From: an uncultured Nitrososphaerales archaeon
GTDB lineage: Archaea > Thermoproteota > Nitrososphaeria > Nitrososphaerales > Nitrososphaeraceae
Assembly: GCA_963713605.1 (NCBI GenBank)
Contig: CAVQMO010000012.1
Coordinates: 160,001-224,000 of the forward strand
Length of the DNA stretch: 64,000 nt
Direction of reading: 5' to 3'
Position numbers and translations under genes: made by a program. Under the pieces are notes generated by a model that saw only the letters and a list, made by a program, of their open reading frames with translations, searched no databases and had not been told where the DNA came from. The stretch's first letter is position 1. Every line of letters begins with the position of its first letter. This document shows positions 34,165-45,839 of this stretch, piece by piece.

Positions 34165-34942
34165 ATGAGATATAATAGGAAATCCCATGAATCAATTTCT
34201 TTATTCATCATGTTATTTGTATATTTAATGACAGTTATTGTTGCTAAGAATTACATCTTTGATAATATATTAAATAACCCCTTCCAAAAAGTATTAGCGC
34301 ACGTATCAAACGAATATGGTAATATCACAATTCAAGCTGGCTGGGATCAAGAACCACCATTGGTAGACGAAATAAATGACATCGTTGTAGGTGTAACCAG
34401 AGCATCTGATCTTGGAAATAGTAGGTACTGTTCCAGTGAGAAATGGTTTGGCCGATATGAATATCATGGTAAAATACGGGGGTGTGACAAGATCTCTTGA
34501 TTTTGTTCCTTCACAAGAACAAGAAGGATGGTACGAAGCAAAAATTCTCCCAACAAGAATTGGTTCTTACAGTCTAGTGCTAAACGGTACGATTCAAAAT
34601 CAGCCAATAAGTGATGAAGTACAGATTGAAGACGTCGAAAGCACACAAAAGATATCCTTTCCAGAGGTTACCAACAGTGGTGGTGGTAGTTCTACTAGTG
34701 GTGCTACCAATACTAATCTCCTTAACGGCCAGATATCTAACATTCTAAACCAGATCACAAATGATATGAACAATATTAGAGATGATATTGGGACGTTGGC
34801 TGAAAGCAATTCAAACATACAAGAAGGGATTCAAGATGTTAAAGACATCGCAGATAGATCGTATATGCTAGCTATAACTGCCATTGGCGTAGGTGCAGCT
34901 GGAATACTTATAGCAGCTGCAGCTCTAGTTAGGACTCGCTGA
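34165..34942 (+). CDS. Surface protein with N-terminal signal, Ig-like domain, coiled coil and C-terminal TM anchor; frameshift near 34423
   Basis: LA-HVS..GNITIQAGWDQEPPLV joins VPVRNGL...YEAKILPTRIGSY after removing one A; C-terminal hydrophobic anchor. Confidence 0.78.
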
Positions 34943-35080
34943 TATCCTCTCAGTATGAACATGTACTGACTGACATCCATCTAATAGCGAAACAGTGATA
35001 CTATGACTATATTAGTTATTTTTACTACTTCTCAATTCATTAATGCAATCAATTTTTTGTTATTTATAGGAAATAGTTAC

Positions 35081-35614
35081 CTAAAAATAGCCTATTGCCT
35101 CGTTACGACATAATGGTTTTTTATGTAAGGAGATGTTAAAGAATGCGAATATAATGAGGCCAAGAATAAATCCATATATTACATGTCCTCCCAAACTTGC
35201 AATAGCTGGCCATTTTCCCAATGGATGGTTCCAAGGAGATAGTCCTGTTATTGGCTTATGTATTGGTATCAGTGTGACAATCCAAACTATAAAACCATAA
35301 AATATCCCTATTAAAAGTAATGATATGATATCATTAATAAAAGATGGGAAAAATGAAATAATAATGAATGGAAAAGCGATTCCTACAAGCGTACCATTTA
35401 GGAAGTGAAAGAAAAAGATCCCTTTGATATGGATTGTCTCATTTTCGTCATTTAGAATGCTAAACAGTTTTCTTGTTATTACCTGGTTTTCGTGCCATTC
35501 AAAGACACCATATAAAGACCACCTCCTCCATGACGGAATCTCAGCTAATGTCATTACTGCTGTTGACACTAGTCCACCAATCAGACCATAGATTGCTAAC
35601 ATATCCATGTCCAA
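35081..35614 (-). CDS. Four-TM membrane protein with intramembrane His residues
   Basis: GGLVSTAVMT, FHFLNG, GHVIYGFILG. Confidence 0.75.
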   Translation of the reverse strand: MDMDMLAIYGLIGGLVSTAVMTLAEIPSWRRWSLYGVFEWHENQVITRKLFSILNDENETIHIKGIFFFHFLNGTLVGIAFPFIIISFFPSFINDIISLLLIGIFYGFIVWIVTLIPIHKPITGLSPWNHPLGKWPAIASLGGHVIYGFILGLIIFAFFNISLHKKPLCRNEAIGYF

Positions 35615-36281
35615 CTATTCACACATAGACTGAGATTTGCGGCCAAATCTCATAAGGATTTTCGTCTTATTGTATTTTATGGCTGTTAATGATGTATCTC
35701 GATTTAGATCCATATCTACCATAGATGTTGGATGATCATAGAAGCTTTATTAAAGTCGTCACTATAGAATTCAGGTTAGCAATATAGAATAGTTTACCCT
35801 TATTAATACCATAGTCGTTATGTCATTATCCTTGTTTTCCAATATTCTATTATCTAACACGTTACACTTCATTCTCCTTGTCTAGTAATTCATTGCTTGA
35901 CGTGTTAGCTACTGCCGCGTCTGCGACCTTGCTTTTACTTCTCCTATTATCTTGTAATACCTTGAATTTTTCCAAGTCTAGAGGTCCAGGATGCCCAGGC
36001 AACCCTCATAACTTAACTACATGTCTTTAGACAGATGTCTTAAGTTGCAAAGCGGTTAGTACGACAGGTGACATGAATATGGATTTGCTTCTTTCTGTAG
36101 ACTCAGATCCAGATCCACACCCTGATAATGGTTCTGATTTTGATCCCATCATTTATAATTTTTATATATGCTATGTGTCATTAGTTAAATTCTATTATCT
36201 ATTTTGTAGAAAAGTGTGGATTAGATAAGAACTAATTGCTCAAGTCTAAATATTTGTATTCACATATATATCTATATAGAA

Positions 36282-36816
36282 ATGCTCTAAACATCATTAA
36301 AGACATTTAATATTAGAAGACCATCAGGTATAATCGCTGGCCTAACAGCAGATTGGGCAATATCTGGATTATTTTTTAGCAGTTGATTCTCAATTAAACG
36401 TTCCTCCAGGTACTTATTTCTATAAGACAGTTGGAATAGTCGTTGGAATCAATTCTAGTTATGCGGTGTATGCGGGCTTTCTTCTATTCATGATAACGGC
36501 TGTAATCATTTCAATGATTTACAACTATGTATCAGAACATGTTAGATTATTTCGTATAAGCTCCTTGCCCAAAGGAATAGGTACAGGCATACTTGCTGGA
36601 GTAATAGTATGGGGCGTTCTATTTCTGCCAATGCATTATTATGTCATTCAACCTGCACTTTCTAGTATGGTTAATGGCTTGAATCCAGGCAAGCTAAATT
36701 CGTCAGTAGCTAATTAGCTGATTCAATTGTCAGATATGATTATCTTAGGTTCACTTGCATTGCATATGCTATTTGGGGGAGTAATGGGATTTTGCTCCAG
36801 ACTAGCTGCAATATGA
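36282..36816 (+). pseudogene. Disrupted multi-TM membrane protein of similar architecture
   Basis: Frameshifts in the 5' part; in-frame TAG at 36715 followed by continued LIQLSDMIILGSLALHMLFGGVMG. Confidence 0.65.
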
Positions 36817-36818
36817 TA

Positions 36819-37116
36819 ATGAAAAGCTGATTGACGAACTAGCAAATCTATTAAATGATACTGCAGAAGCTCACCATAAGGCGTTTGCCGCTACAGAGGG
36901 CGGAGACCACTGATTGGCCTATTTGATATGCAGGGTATCTTCTTGAAAAATGAGGCAAATGCTTAATGTCTTAATGCTTTAATACCACATTCACAAAGAG
37001 TGAACTCATCTACCTGCTAGTATTAATGGATAAGGAAAATAGAAAATAGATTGTTGCTCCTGGTGGCATTCTGGTCCAGATTCTACGCAAGGTCCGTTGC
37101 AAGTCACTATTTATAG
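36819..37116 (+). pseudogene. Decayed small helical hypothetical gene
   Basis: Fragments LIDELANLLNDTAEAHHKAFAATEG...DWPI*YAGYLLEK...FTKSELIYLLVL...RFYA lie across several frames. Confidence 0.55.
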
Positions 37117-37656
37117 ACCGTATTCGTATCTAGTGAAGATTGCCTAAATGTGAAGTTACCCCGTTATCGTTTTCTTTTGTGTTCGTCTCTTAGTAGTCTG
37201 ATGATATCTTCTAAGGTTCTTTCTTTGCCATCTTTTAATGTATTCAATAGTTTGCGCTTCGTTTCAATATTATTAATTTTCATGGTTTAGACCACGATTG
37301 CTTGGCTGATATTCTTAGCATATAATACATTTTATGTGTATTTGGTATCATAAGTATACTATATAAGATTTGATGGGATGCAGAGCTAATAAAAACTTGG
37401 GCCTGGAGTTATTTGGAAACTGGGCGCAAAAACTGGATTTGGTATTTCTGGCTCTGATGCTGGCGAACATCCTGCTTGCGTTTCAGCTGCCGCCCATCTG
37501 AATACTGAACGTCCAGTGACGTAATGGTTGGATCATCTATTTCACATTAATGTGCACCACTTCCTACTGAACAGAGTTGTGTAATACACCTCAACCACAT
37601 CTCCGGTCTTAGAGATATTCGTAAAGCTTTATAGTATATTTTGTATATTAGTAATT

Positions 37657-37872
37657 ATGTCTAAGAGTACTGGTCGGCAGGGAAGTAGAAATAATCAGGT
37701 ACTTGAGACTCGAGAATCTAAATTACAAGAGCAAAAAGAAAACGTATTAGCACATCAATTAGATTTCGAAATCGAATGCCCAAGATGCAAAGATGTCATG
37801 GAGCTTTTCTCTGAATTCGATCATTTGTCATACTATTGTGGTGGCTGCCATCTAGAATTAAACATTCACTAA
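37657..37872 (+). CDS. Zinc-ribbon micro-protein
   Basis: IECPRCKDVM...YYCGGC. Confidence 0.75.
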   Translation: MSKSTGRQGSRNNQVLETRESKLQEQKENVLAHQLDFEIECPRCKDVMELFSEFDHLSYYCGGCHLELNIH

Positions 37873-37976
37873 TCTCTACTAACGCTCAGCGGCTGACAAG
37901 ACACTAGCGTTTTTGCTCCTAATTCAATTCTGTCATAAATAGATAAAAGCAACCAAGTTATAACGGTAATTGCCAA

Positions 37977-38171
37977 ATGACCTTGAGTCTTAATTGTAAA
38001 GAAGCCGGCGACCCCGTATGTACACACACCATGTATGGAGAAACCGAAGAAGAACTTCTAGCTAATGCAAAGAAACATGGAATGGAAGTGCATGGATATA
38101 CCGAAGAAACATGGAATGAAGAAGTCGCAAAGAATGCGGAACACTTCCGAAAACTAATCAAAAACACTTAA
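37977..38171 (+). CDS. DUF1059 small metal-binding protein
   Basis: LNCKEAGDPVCTHTMYGETEEELLANAKKHGMEVHG. Confidence 0.88.
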   Translation: MTLSLNCKEAGDPVCTHTMYGETEEELLANAKKHGMEVHGYTEETWNEEVAKNAEHFRKLIKNT

Positions 38172-38612
38172 GAGACGGATTACAATAGCAACAGCTTTTT
38201 TATTTGTCACAGCTAAATCTATAATCTAATCTAATGCATCGCTACTCTAGCAGAATAAATAATATTAGTTGTCAAAATTGGAAGATCCTATGGATGGACT
38301 AAGAACAGATCGTGATAATGGGCTAATTGTATATGTAGTAGCAATGAATATAACAATAATCATCTTCCATTTAGGTGACGGAGCAACTAATATCTGACTT
38401 ACATAAAATGTTTGAAAGACACGGGTTTCATAACGGTCTTTACAATTACGTTTACAGAGGTAACTGGCGTATTAATTGAAATATTAGATCGATAGGTTGC
38501 AGATGATGATGTAGATTGGCAAGTGAATAATAGAAATAACCATACTATTATATGGTATTGTATCGAATATTGTAGCTGACGTCTTAGTCGTGTCATGTAT
38601 TCCAGGAGTAAT

Positions 38613-39200
38613 TCAGCTATAATTCAGGTGTGATTTAACAGATTTGATCAGGCCGTTCAGACTTATCGGTTTTCTAATAAAGCATTCTTTGTTCTTTAGA
38701 TCTGGAAATATTTTTCTGAATTCATCATAGTAATCTTCAAAGGCAGTCATGAAACATACCTTGCTTTTATCATCAACTTGTCTAATTCTCTTATACAATT
38801 CAAATCCATTCATCTCTGGCATTTTAATGTCGAGCAATAATAAGTCGTATATTCCTGCTCTATAGTTAGATAATGATTGTAAGGGGTCATTATACATATC
38901 CACAACAAAACCCACGCGTTCAAGAGCTCTTTTGAATAGCCTTGCGACGTCTTCTTCATCATCAACTAGTAAAATATGTTCATTATTGGTAGTAATAGAA
39001 TCGCTAAATTGTGTGGAAGTACTAGTTGTTGTGGCCACCGACTTATGAAAATTGATTCGCTCGAAGTTCGAGCGAATGGAACTATATAATAGTTTATGGT
39101 CGGGCAAATAAAAAGAAGGGGAAAAAAATAACACTCCTTTATCGTTATCATAGTACTGTGGGTATATGCACAATAACTTTGATTTGCAATATAATATCAT
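38613..39200 (-). CDS. Stand-alone response regulator receiver (true start probably near 39040)
   Basis: ILLVDDEED, YDLLLLDIKMPEMNGFELY, CFMTA, FIRKPI. Confidence 0.92.
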   Translation of the reverse strand: MILYCKSKLLCIYPQYYDNDKGVLFFSPSFYLPDHKLLYSSIRSNFERINFHKSVATTTSTSTQFSDSITTNNEHILLVDDEEDVARLFKRALERVGFVVDMYNDPLQSLSNYRAGIYDLLLLDIKMPEMNGFELYKRIRQVDDKSKVCFMTAFEDYYDEFRKIFPDLKNKECFIRKPISLNGLIKSVKSHLNYS

Positions 39201-39341
39201 TTTTCTAATTGTACTTATATATTAGACAAGGTGTATATAGGAATTAGCTAATTAATTGACCTTGTGCAGATATCATAATATAGTGTAGTTGAAGGTCTAA
39301 AGTTACTTTATATAGTTTGTATTCTACTCTGAATTAATAGC

Positions 39342-40583
39342 TTGGGGTTTTCTTACGACGTTCCTCCGTCAATGAACAAGAGAAGAGGGGAAGAGGCTAT
39401 ACTAGGAAAGACGGAATTAATTGAGGATGCGCTATCAGTACAGACATTGTTTATTGATATGATAAAATCAGCCAAACATGAAGTATTATTATTACTTCCA
39501 ACATTTAACGCCTTTCTCCGTGAACAACGTTTAGGAATAATTCAATTGTTAAAACAGGGAGCAACAGAATGTGCTGTAAAAGTTAAAATTCTGGTTCCAG
39601 ATGATCCTTTAATAGATCGTGACCTAGGAGATATGGCAGCTCCGGAAGGTAAGGAAGGAATAGAGGGGGAAAAAGATTTTGAATTCCGCTCCCCTGGTGA
39701 ATTTGCAGTAAATACAGTTACTATAGTTGTAGTTGATAAAAGAGAATCTCTAGTGTTTGAAAAAAAAGATGATTCCAAAGAGAATTTTGCTGAGGCTTTG
39801 GGATTAGCTACCTATTCCAACAGCAAACCAACCGTTATGTCCTACTTTGCAATCTTTGAGAATTTATGGAAGCAAGTAGCATTATATGAACAACTAAAAG
39901 TCCATGACAAGATGCAAAACGAATTCATCAATATCGCTAGTCACGAGATGAAAACACCCACCCAATCGATTTTAGGATATGCTGAGCTTTTGGAAGACTC
40001 TTGTAAAAAGAGCGAGGAAGTTGAAGCAATAAAAAGGAATGCAGAAAGGCTTCAAAAGCTCTCTACTAATCTATTAGATGTAACACGAATTGAAAGCCAA
40101 ACACTAAACTTAAGAAAGGAAACAGTTAACATAAATGAAAAGATTGTGAATGTGAAAAGAGATTTTGAACAATTCCCTCACTCTCGCGCCGTAAGAATAT
40201 TATTGGCAGAACTAGGTGAAAATAATCCTATTTACGTACAAGCAGACAAAGTAAGATTGTATGAAGTCGTAGCGAACTTATTAAGCAATGCCATGAAATT
40301 TACTCAAAAAGGGACTATATCAATCAGCACTGACATAAGATCAAATATGAGCAGCAATACTGATGAAGTTATTATTAGAATAAGTGATACTGGAGTGGGC
40401 ATACATCCAGAAATTCTACCAAGGCTGTTTACAAAATTCGCTACCAGGTCTGATATGGGAACTGGACTTGGTCTGTTTATTTCCAAAGGCATAGTAGAAG
40501 CTCATGGAGGAAGAATTTGGGCTGAGAATAATTCAGATGGAAGAGGCGCCACTTTTTCGTTTACATTGCCGTTAGGTAAATGA
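39342..40583 (+). CDS. Soluble sensor histidine kinase (PLD/TrmB-like input domain + HisKA + HATPase)
   Basis: EFINIASHEMKTP (H box), NLLSNAMKFT, DTGVGI, GTGLGL; divergent from the receiver gene. Confidence 0.95.
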   Translation: MGFSYDVPPSMNKRRGEEAILGKTELIEDALSVQTLFIDMIKSAKHEVLLLLPTFNAFLREQRLGIIQLLKQGATECAVKVKILVPDDPLIDRDLGDMAAPEGKEGIEGEKDFEFRSPGEFAVNTVTIVVVDKRESLVFEKKDDSKENFAEALGLATYSNSKPTVMSYFAIFENLWKQVALYEQLKVHDKMQNEFINIASHEMKTPTQSILGYAELLEDSCKKSEEVEAIKRNAERLQKLSTNLLDVTRIESQTLNLRKETVNINEKIVNVKRDFEQFPHSRAVRILLAELGENNPIYVQADKVRLYEVVANLLSNAMKFTQKGTISISTDIRSNMSSNTDEVIIRISDTGVGIHPEILPRLFTKFATRSDMGTGLGLFISKGIVEAHGGRIWAENNSDGRGATFSFTLPLGK

Positions 40584-40626
40584 ATATAAGAATTGGCAGT
40601 CAGTTTAAGTCTGTCTGTCATCTATT

Positions 40627-40941
40627 TTAACTAACTTGTTCTATGACCCATTCGATAAACTTATTAATTCCAGCTTCATCTGCTTGCTTTAGGAAATCAG
40701 GATCTTTTAACCTCCATTTACCTTCTGGAATTGAATCAAAGAATTCTTGCATGCAAAGTATAAATCTAAAACGTAGGTTCTTTGGGTTCTCAGCTATCCC
40801 ATATTTTCGAAGAATATTACATATTCTTCCAAATGCTGTATCATAATCTCGCTTGAAAGGAACGGTCTGGAATGTTTCACTTAGGGTTGATTCGATATTA
40901 GCTAAATCTTCCTTCAATGTAATACTCATGCTAATTTTCAA
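40627..40941 (-). CDS. Hypothetical protein
   Basis: 104-aa ORF with a globular composition. Confidence 0.5.
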   Translation of the reverse strand: MKISMSITLKEDLANIESTLSETFQTVPFKRDYDTAFGRICNILRKYGIAENPKNLRFRFILCMQEFFDSIPEGKWRLKDPDFLKQADEAGINKFIEWVIEQVS

Positions 40942-41162
40942 TCCATTTCTATTAATATGCTAACCTATACGCATTTATTTACATAGTTATGAGATCGGCT
41001 TTTCTAAACGTTTGACTGATACTTACCGAGGAGTAAATTTAATGTATCCTAACAGATTATGAAATATGCGAGTGGATAAGCTTGCTGCACTTTCGATATC
41101 CTCTTCAGTATCCAATTCTATTCACCTTCTTTCATTAGGGCAATTTTATCGCTATGTATTTC

Positions 41163-41375
41163 TTACTTTACTCTGGCAACATCGATCTGACCGCTATGCA
41201 ACCAAGTGAGTTCTTCGTGAGATGGCTTGGCTTCGTGTTTGCCTGCTAGTTGTAGATGTAGAAGAGTGTAATTAACCTGGTTCAATAATGGCTTATTTGT
41301 CTCATCACCTTCGCGTGCTTTCACTCTTAGGTCAGACGGAATAGTGCTCCACCAATCGTTAAAACTTCTTGTCAT
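41163..41375 (-). CDS. Small hypothetical protein resembling a thaumarchaeal conserved family
   Basis: FNDWW.TIP.DLR...GDE.NKPLLNQ.N...SGQID; recognised from memory, unverified. Confidence 0.65.
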   Translation of the reverse strand: MTRSFNDWWSTIPSDLRVKAREGDETNKPLLNQVNYTLLHLQLAGKHEAKPSHEELTWLHSGQIDVARVK

Positions 41376-41815
41376 TACAGGTTAATCAGCACGACAAACG
41401 TTTTAAAGGTTCAATTCATTCTTAATAAATGAGAAAAATTATTGTAATATATATATTATGTAGATAAAATTGACCAAAAAATGATTAGAAGTATATACAA
41501 CCGCTATCGGCCAGCGGCAGATCAAAAACAAGTAGATAACAAATAAAAAAATGAAGTTAGCGTCTATATTCGAAAGCTAATCATAACATCACTCGTATCC
41601 CGTACGATTTTTCCTTAGCTTTTAGTCTTCAGATACAGATAAGAATCTAGATACACCAACTAGCCTCCATTTTATTCTTGATAATTATTACATTTATGTG
41701 CATTCTTATATACCCGTATTTAAAACCACCATATCATGAATTAAGATGACTAAAATACTCCATATTCAACATATACAATAAAAAGAGATTACTAAATTCC
41801 TATCACAGTTTCTTT

Positions 41816-42676
41816 CTATTTTGTAGCACATATACATATACTTTCGTTGTTTAATTTAACGTTGCCTGTATCATCAACATATTTGCTTGCTGATTCAGTA
41901 ACAGCTTTCCAAATCTCTACTTTTCTCTCTTGAGATTGATCAGCTAACATTGCATTTATAGGAGCGGCTATTGCTTGATTAAATTGAGTATACTCTTCTG
42001 CCGAACTAAACGTGAAAATTACATTAATTCTTTCAACAGCAACGTCCTTGAATCTGCCTTCTGATAAGGCATCAGTAATAATTTTTTGGTCAGCTAGTTT
42101 AAATGATCAAGGAGTACCGCTGGGAGGCAGCGGCTTGCCGATTTCTTTAACTACAGTATTCATGGATACAGAAAGGAAAGGAACCTTATCTGGCGAAGCC
42201 CAAACGGCTGCTTGCTAAATGACCTCCATTTACCAATGATCTGTAAATATTTGATAAGCCGTCTTTTAGATCTGGCAAAAATATTAATCCCCATCTACAG
42301 GTACTGCATCAAACGCTGAAGCTGGTAAACTGATAGTTTCTGCATCACCCTCTTTGAATTCGATCACGTCTTGTAAGCCAAGGGAAGCGACTCTTTGTCT
42401 TGCAATGGATAACATCTGCGGTGATATGTCTGTAGCTAATACATGACCATTTCCACTACCAACTTTCTTTGCTGCAGTAATAGCTGGTTCTCCGACCCCT
42501 GTCGCAATATCTAGAACTTTGGAACTAGAATTTATCTTTGCAAGTTCGACTAAATAATTACTAAGATTCTGAGTATCTTTTTCAAAAGTCTTCCACCATT
42601 TTTGCCATCCTACAGCTACACTATCCCAACTTTTTCGTTGAGCCTCTTTAAATTGCTTGGAGTCTATATTTGACAT
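41816..42676 (-). pseudogene. Class I SAM-dependent methyltransferase with frameshifts and a nonsense codon
   Basis: VLDIATGVGEP and DISPQML; continues in other frames (CRWGLIFLPD, AVWASPDKVPF, GTP*SF...NESICICATK*). Confidence 0.88.
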
Positions 42677-43560
42677 CTAATTTGTTTATTGATAGAGTAT
42701 TTGTGGTATAAAAATTATTTTCTACTATCATGTCAGATTACTTTTGCGTTAATCCCTCATTTGCTTTAAAGATGATGGGATTCAATACAATTAACCAATT
42801 GAAGAACTAAGTGGTTGTTAATTCAATCTCAATAATAGTGTCTAGAGTAACATTTGAAATAGTTTTATTGGGTGGCGGCTGAAGGCATCAACATGGAAAA
42901 GTTGAACAAAAGTCTAGAGATTGGAATTTTCGCCCATGTTCTCGTACTTTCTAAAGTTTAGTTCTCATTTCATATGATAATAGTACTAGCCAGATGTTAT
43001 ATTTAGCACTCTAGAGAAATATGACATAGAACATTCGAAATTCTCACGCGTAAGAATAACAATATTAATCAAGGTGAAGTTGTCAGCAAATAAGAACCGT
43101 ATATTTGACTATTACTAGATCGGGTGCTAATACTCATGCGGTAGCATAGATCCCTTATTCTAATAAAATCTCAACTCATCCAGATCTAAACACTTTGAGT
43201 CTGTCTCATAAAATAATCTACTAGGTAGCTATCGTCCTTCCAGCAGTAATATCTCGATATTCGGTTCTATTAAGTATGTCATCATCTTGCTGTAATATCT
43301 TCGCGCAAATGTCTCTATCTGTTATGGCATGAAGTAGATCTTGCTTATCTCTTACCTGAATCTTTGAATCTGCCTTTCTTGCTCTTGCCAGTGGATTTCA
43401 ACGACGAAGGCCATCCTACGCAATCTAAAGAGGTCGGCTACATTGATGACAGAGTTTGTAGCTTCAACATTATTTTGTTTTCTTTGTGTCCCATCCGCTA
43501 CAAATTGATCTGACTCAGAATAGTTTTAATAGGAACGGAACATTATCTAGGAAGACTCCA

Positions 43561-43782
43561 ATGCCAATGCGAAGAGCGTACTGCACAGTTTGCAAAATTA
43601 TAGTAGATATTAGATCATCTTCCTATGTAAGACTTGCTAATCACAGAGCTGCAATCGGAGGCTTCTGTCCGATCTGTAATTCAGTTCTACTCAATACCAG
43701 AATAATGCCAACCTCCTCCAAAAAACCGAGGGGCATCAAGAAGAAAAGGGAGAAGCTAAGCATATATTCATCTACCCGTTGA
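43561..43782 (+). CDS. DUF5679-like zinc-ribbon protein with basic tail
   Basis: AYCTVCK...VRLANHRAAIGGFCPICNS. Confidence 0.7.
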   Translation: MPMRRAYCTVCKIIVDIRSSSYVRLANHRAAIGGFCPICNSVLLNTRIMPTSSKKPRGIKKKREKLSIYSSTR

Positions 43783-43943
43783 ATAGTGTAATGACTCATG
43801 ATCATAATACATGAGTCAACCAAATTTTGCATTTATAACTATTTGAAAGCGTGGAGATGACTTGTAAGTTTATGTTGTACAATCGACGGGAAATTGACCT
43901 TTACCATGTAAAGATATAAGCAAACATATCAAAGGACGACATC

Positions 43944-44500
43944 TCAAGGATCATATAAAGATGTTTGTAGCATCGTATTTTGAGCGAAAGAGTTAGTCAC
44001 GTGACTATTCTCTTTATCATACGTTGGAGCTGTCACAGACTGTGGCGGGTACTCATTCATCCACTCTTTCTCTTGTTCATTTAACATAGATATAACTACT
44101 ATTTCCTGAATATGCGCGCGCCTTTTCTTTTCGTATTCTTTGAACCACAGTTCATCATGTTGGTCTTGCAATTCGAGTTGTTTTCTTATATTATACGCGA
44201 AAACAGAATCACCAAGTAATCCTAAATCAGGGAACGAACTTCTTTGCAGTCCCATGTCTGTCTGTATGTTTTGAATAGTAATTGCCCACCCTAATCTGTC
44301 CTGAAACGACTCGCCATTTTTAGGATACTTAGAAATTCTATATCCCAACCATGCGTGGGATAGACAATTCCATCCCTGGCCTCTTGTATAACCACTCGGA
44401 CAGGGGATCCACTCATCTGCCCTAAACTGACCAAGTTGTACTTTTCTGAATTTCTTCTCATACTAATCAGATGTCTTCTTTCTGTGATTTTGGCGCGCAA
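43944..44500 (-). pseudogene. Frameshifted hypothetical gene
   Basis: Two overlapping same-strand ORFs; no family recognised. Confidence 0.45.
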
Positions 44501-44985
44501 AATGACGTCTGTTTGATCTGCCCCATTTATTATTAGATTTTATGAGTCGGCCTTTGGATGAGGCCTTGCGACTAGACATTTCTTTATTAACCTATGATGC
44601 TCTACCGTGACATATATACTTTGAACACCGAATTGGAAATAACATCTAATTTCCCTCGCAGCAACTTTTGATTCAAAAAAAAACATCTGTTTACTTAATT
44701 AGATATACTAATTTTATTAAATAAGGTTATATCTACAAAATAGAGTGTAAATCAACAGGTGAAAATAATCTGGGTCAAATTTACACCTCGCAAAGATGGA
44801 CTTATACGTTTCGACTAAAAGAAGGCCTTTGTTATCGGTAATTTTGCGCTCATGGACGATCAATAAAGTACAGGTCTAATGCCCTGCCGTCGAATCCGGT
44901 AAAATCCTAATCTCGTGTGCGCATACATGCTTCTCTTGCTACAGTTATAACCTTACATACTTCACAGGATCATGTTAAAGCTATT

Positions 44986-45414
44986 CTACTTCAATAATGT
45001 TGTTGCAAATGAAAGTTGATATCCATCCGGTTCACGTATATGAAAATATCTCTCTCCCCATGGAGCATCAATAGGCGCATTTTCAAATATGACATCAGCT
45101 GAAATAGATTCATTATTCTTGAAATAATCATAGAGTTTGTCTACGTCATCAGTATGGAAAATGATCCTTCCAAAATGTTTTCTTAATGTAGTAATACGAT
45201 CATTTTGAATATTTCGATCATTGGTTGGGCGAATCAATTCTAGATTCAAGTATATCTTAGAATCATTTGATTCACCAATTTCATAGGTACTAAATATGTC
45301 ATTAAATGATCCCCCATATATTAGTCTGAATCCTGGTATTTGAGAATAAAATCGACACGACCTGTTCATTTTTTTAATTCTTAGAGTGACGGCAGAGATT
45401 TTGTATACTTTCAT
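44986..45414 (-). CDS. VOC/glyoxalase family protein
   Basis: ISAVTL, FGRIIFHTDDVD, DAPWGERYFHIREPDGYQLSFA. Confidence 0.92.
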   Translation of the reverse strand: MKVYKISAVTLRIKKMNRSCRFYSQIPGFRLIYGGSFNDIFSTYEIGESNDSKIYLNLELIRPTNDRNIQNDRITTLRKHFGRIIFHTDDVDKLYDYFKNNESISADVIFENAPIDAPWGERYFHIREPDGYQLSFATTLLK

Positions 45415-45839
45415 TTCATTTGTAGTGTGACCAGCAAATTGCGTGACGTATAAAAATGCGATTGGTAGTGAGCGTTACTTTCATGAAATATGTACGTTTA
45501 GACCCTAAATATAACTGATGCCAAGAGTTCAGGTGATCTTATTGAACAACCGATTTTTACAGCCATAAATATTGTAGACATGTGATTAATTAAATCAATC
45601 ATACACTCCTTTTGGTATCTAGTTAAATTTATACAACGTCTATCTTAGAGAAAATCAGTGAAAGCTTGTTTGGTTGTTTTGTCTTTATTTCCACATTGGT
45701 CACAACTATCATCCTTTGCTGCCAAATTATGGTGCATGATAGATTTTTGTGCAGGTTACAAGTTGGCAGCCAGTTACATGGAGCAGAGTCTGAGCTAAAA
45801 TCTAAAACTTATTAGCACCAAACATTTCAATTTATCAGA

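Noticed and set aside
42100..42120. In-frame TGA in the methyltransferase read as selenocysteine, given a SelB-like gene in the window
   Set aside because: The position appears to correspond to Gly (GGA to TGA) rather than Cys, the gene also has frameshifts, no SECIS is evident, and the SelB-like protein lacks a P-loop.
44860..44910. ccgtcgaatccgg resembling a tRNA T-arm or att site
   Set aside because: No cloverleaf can be built, it lacks the GTTCRA consensus, and I saw no second copy.
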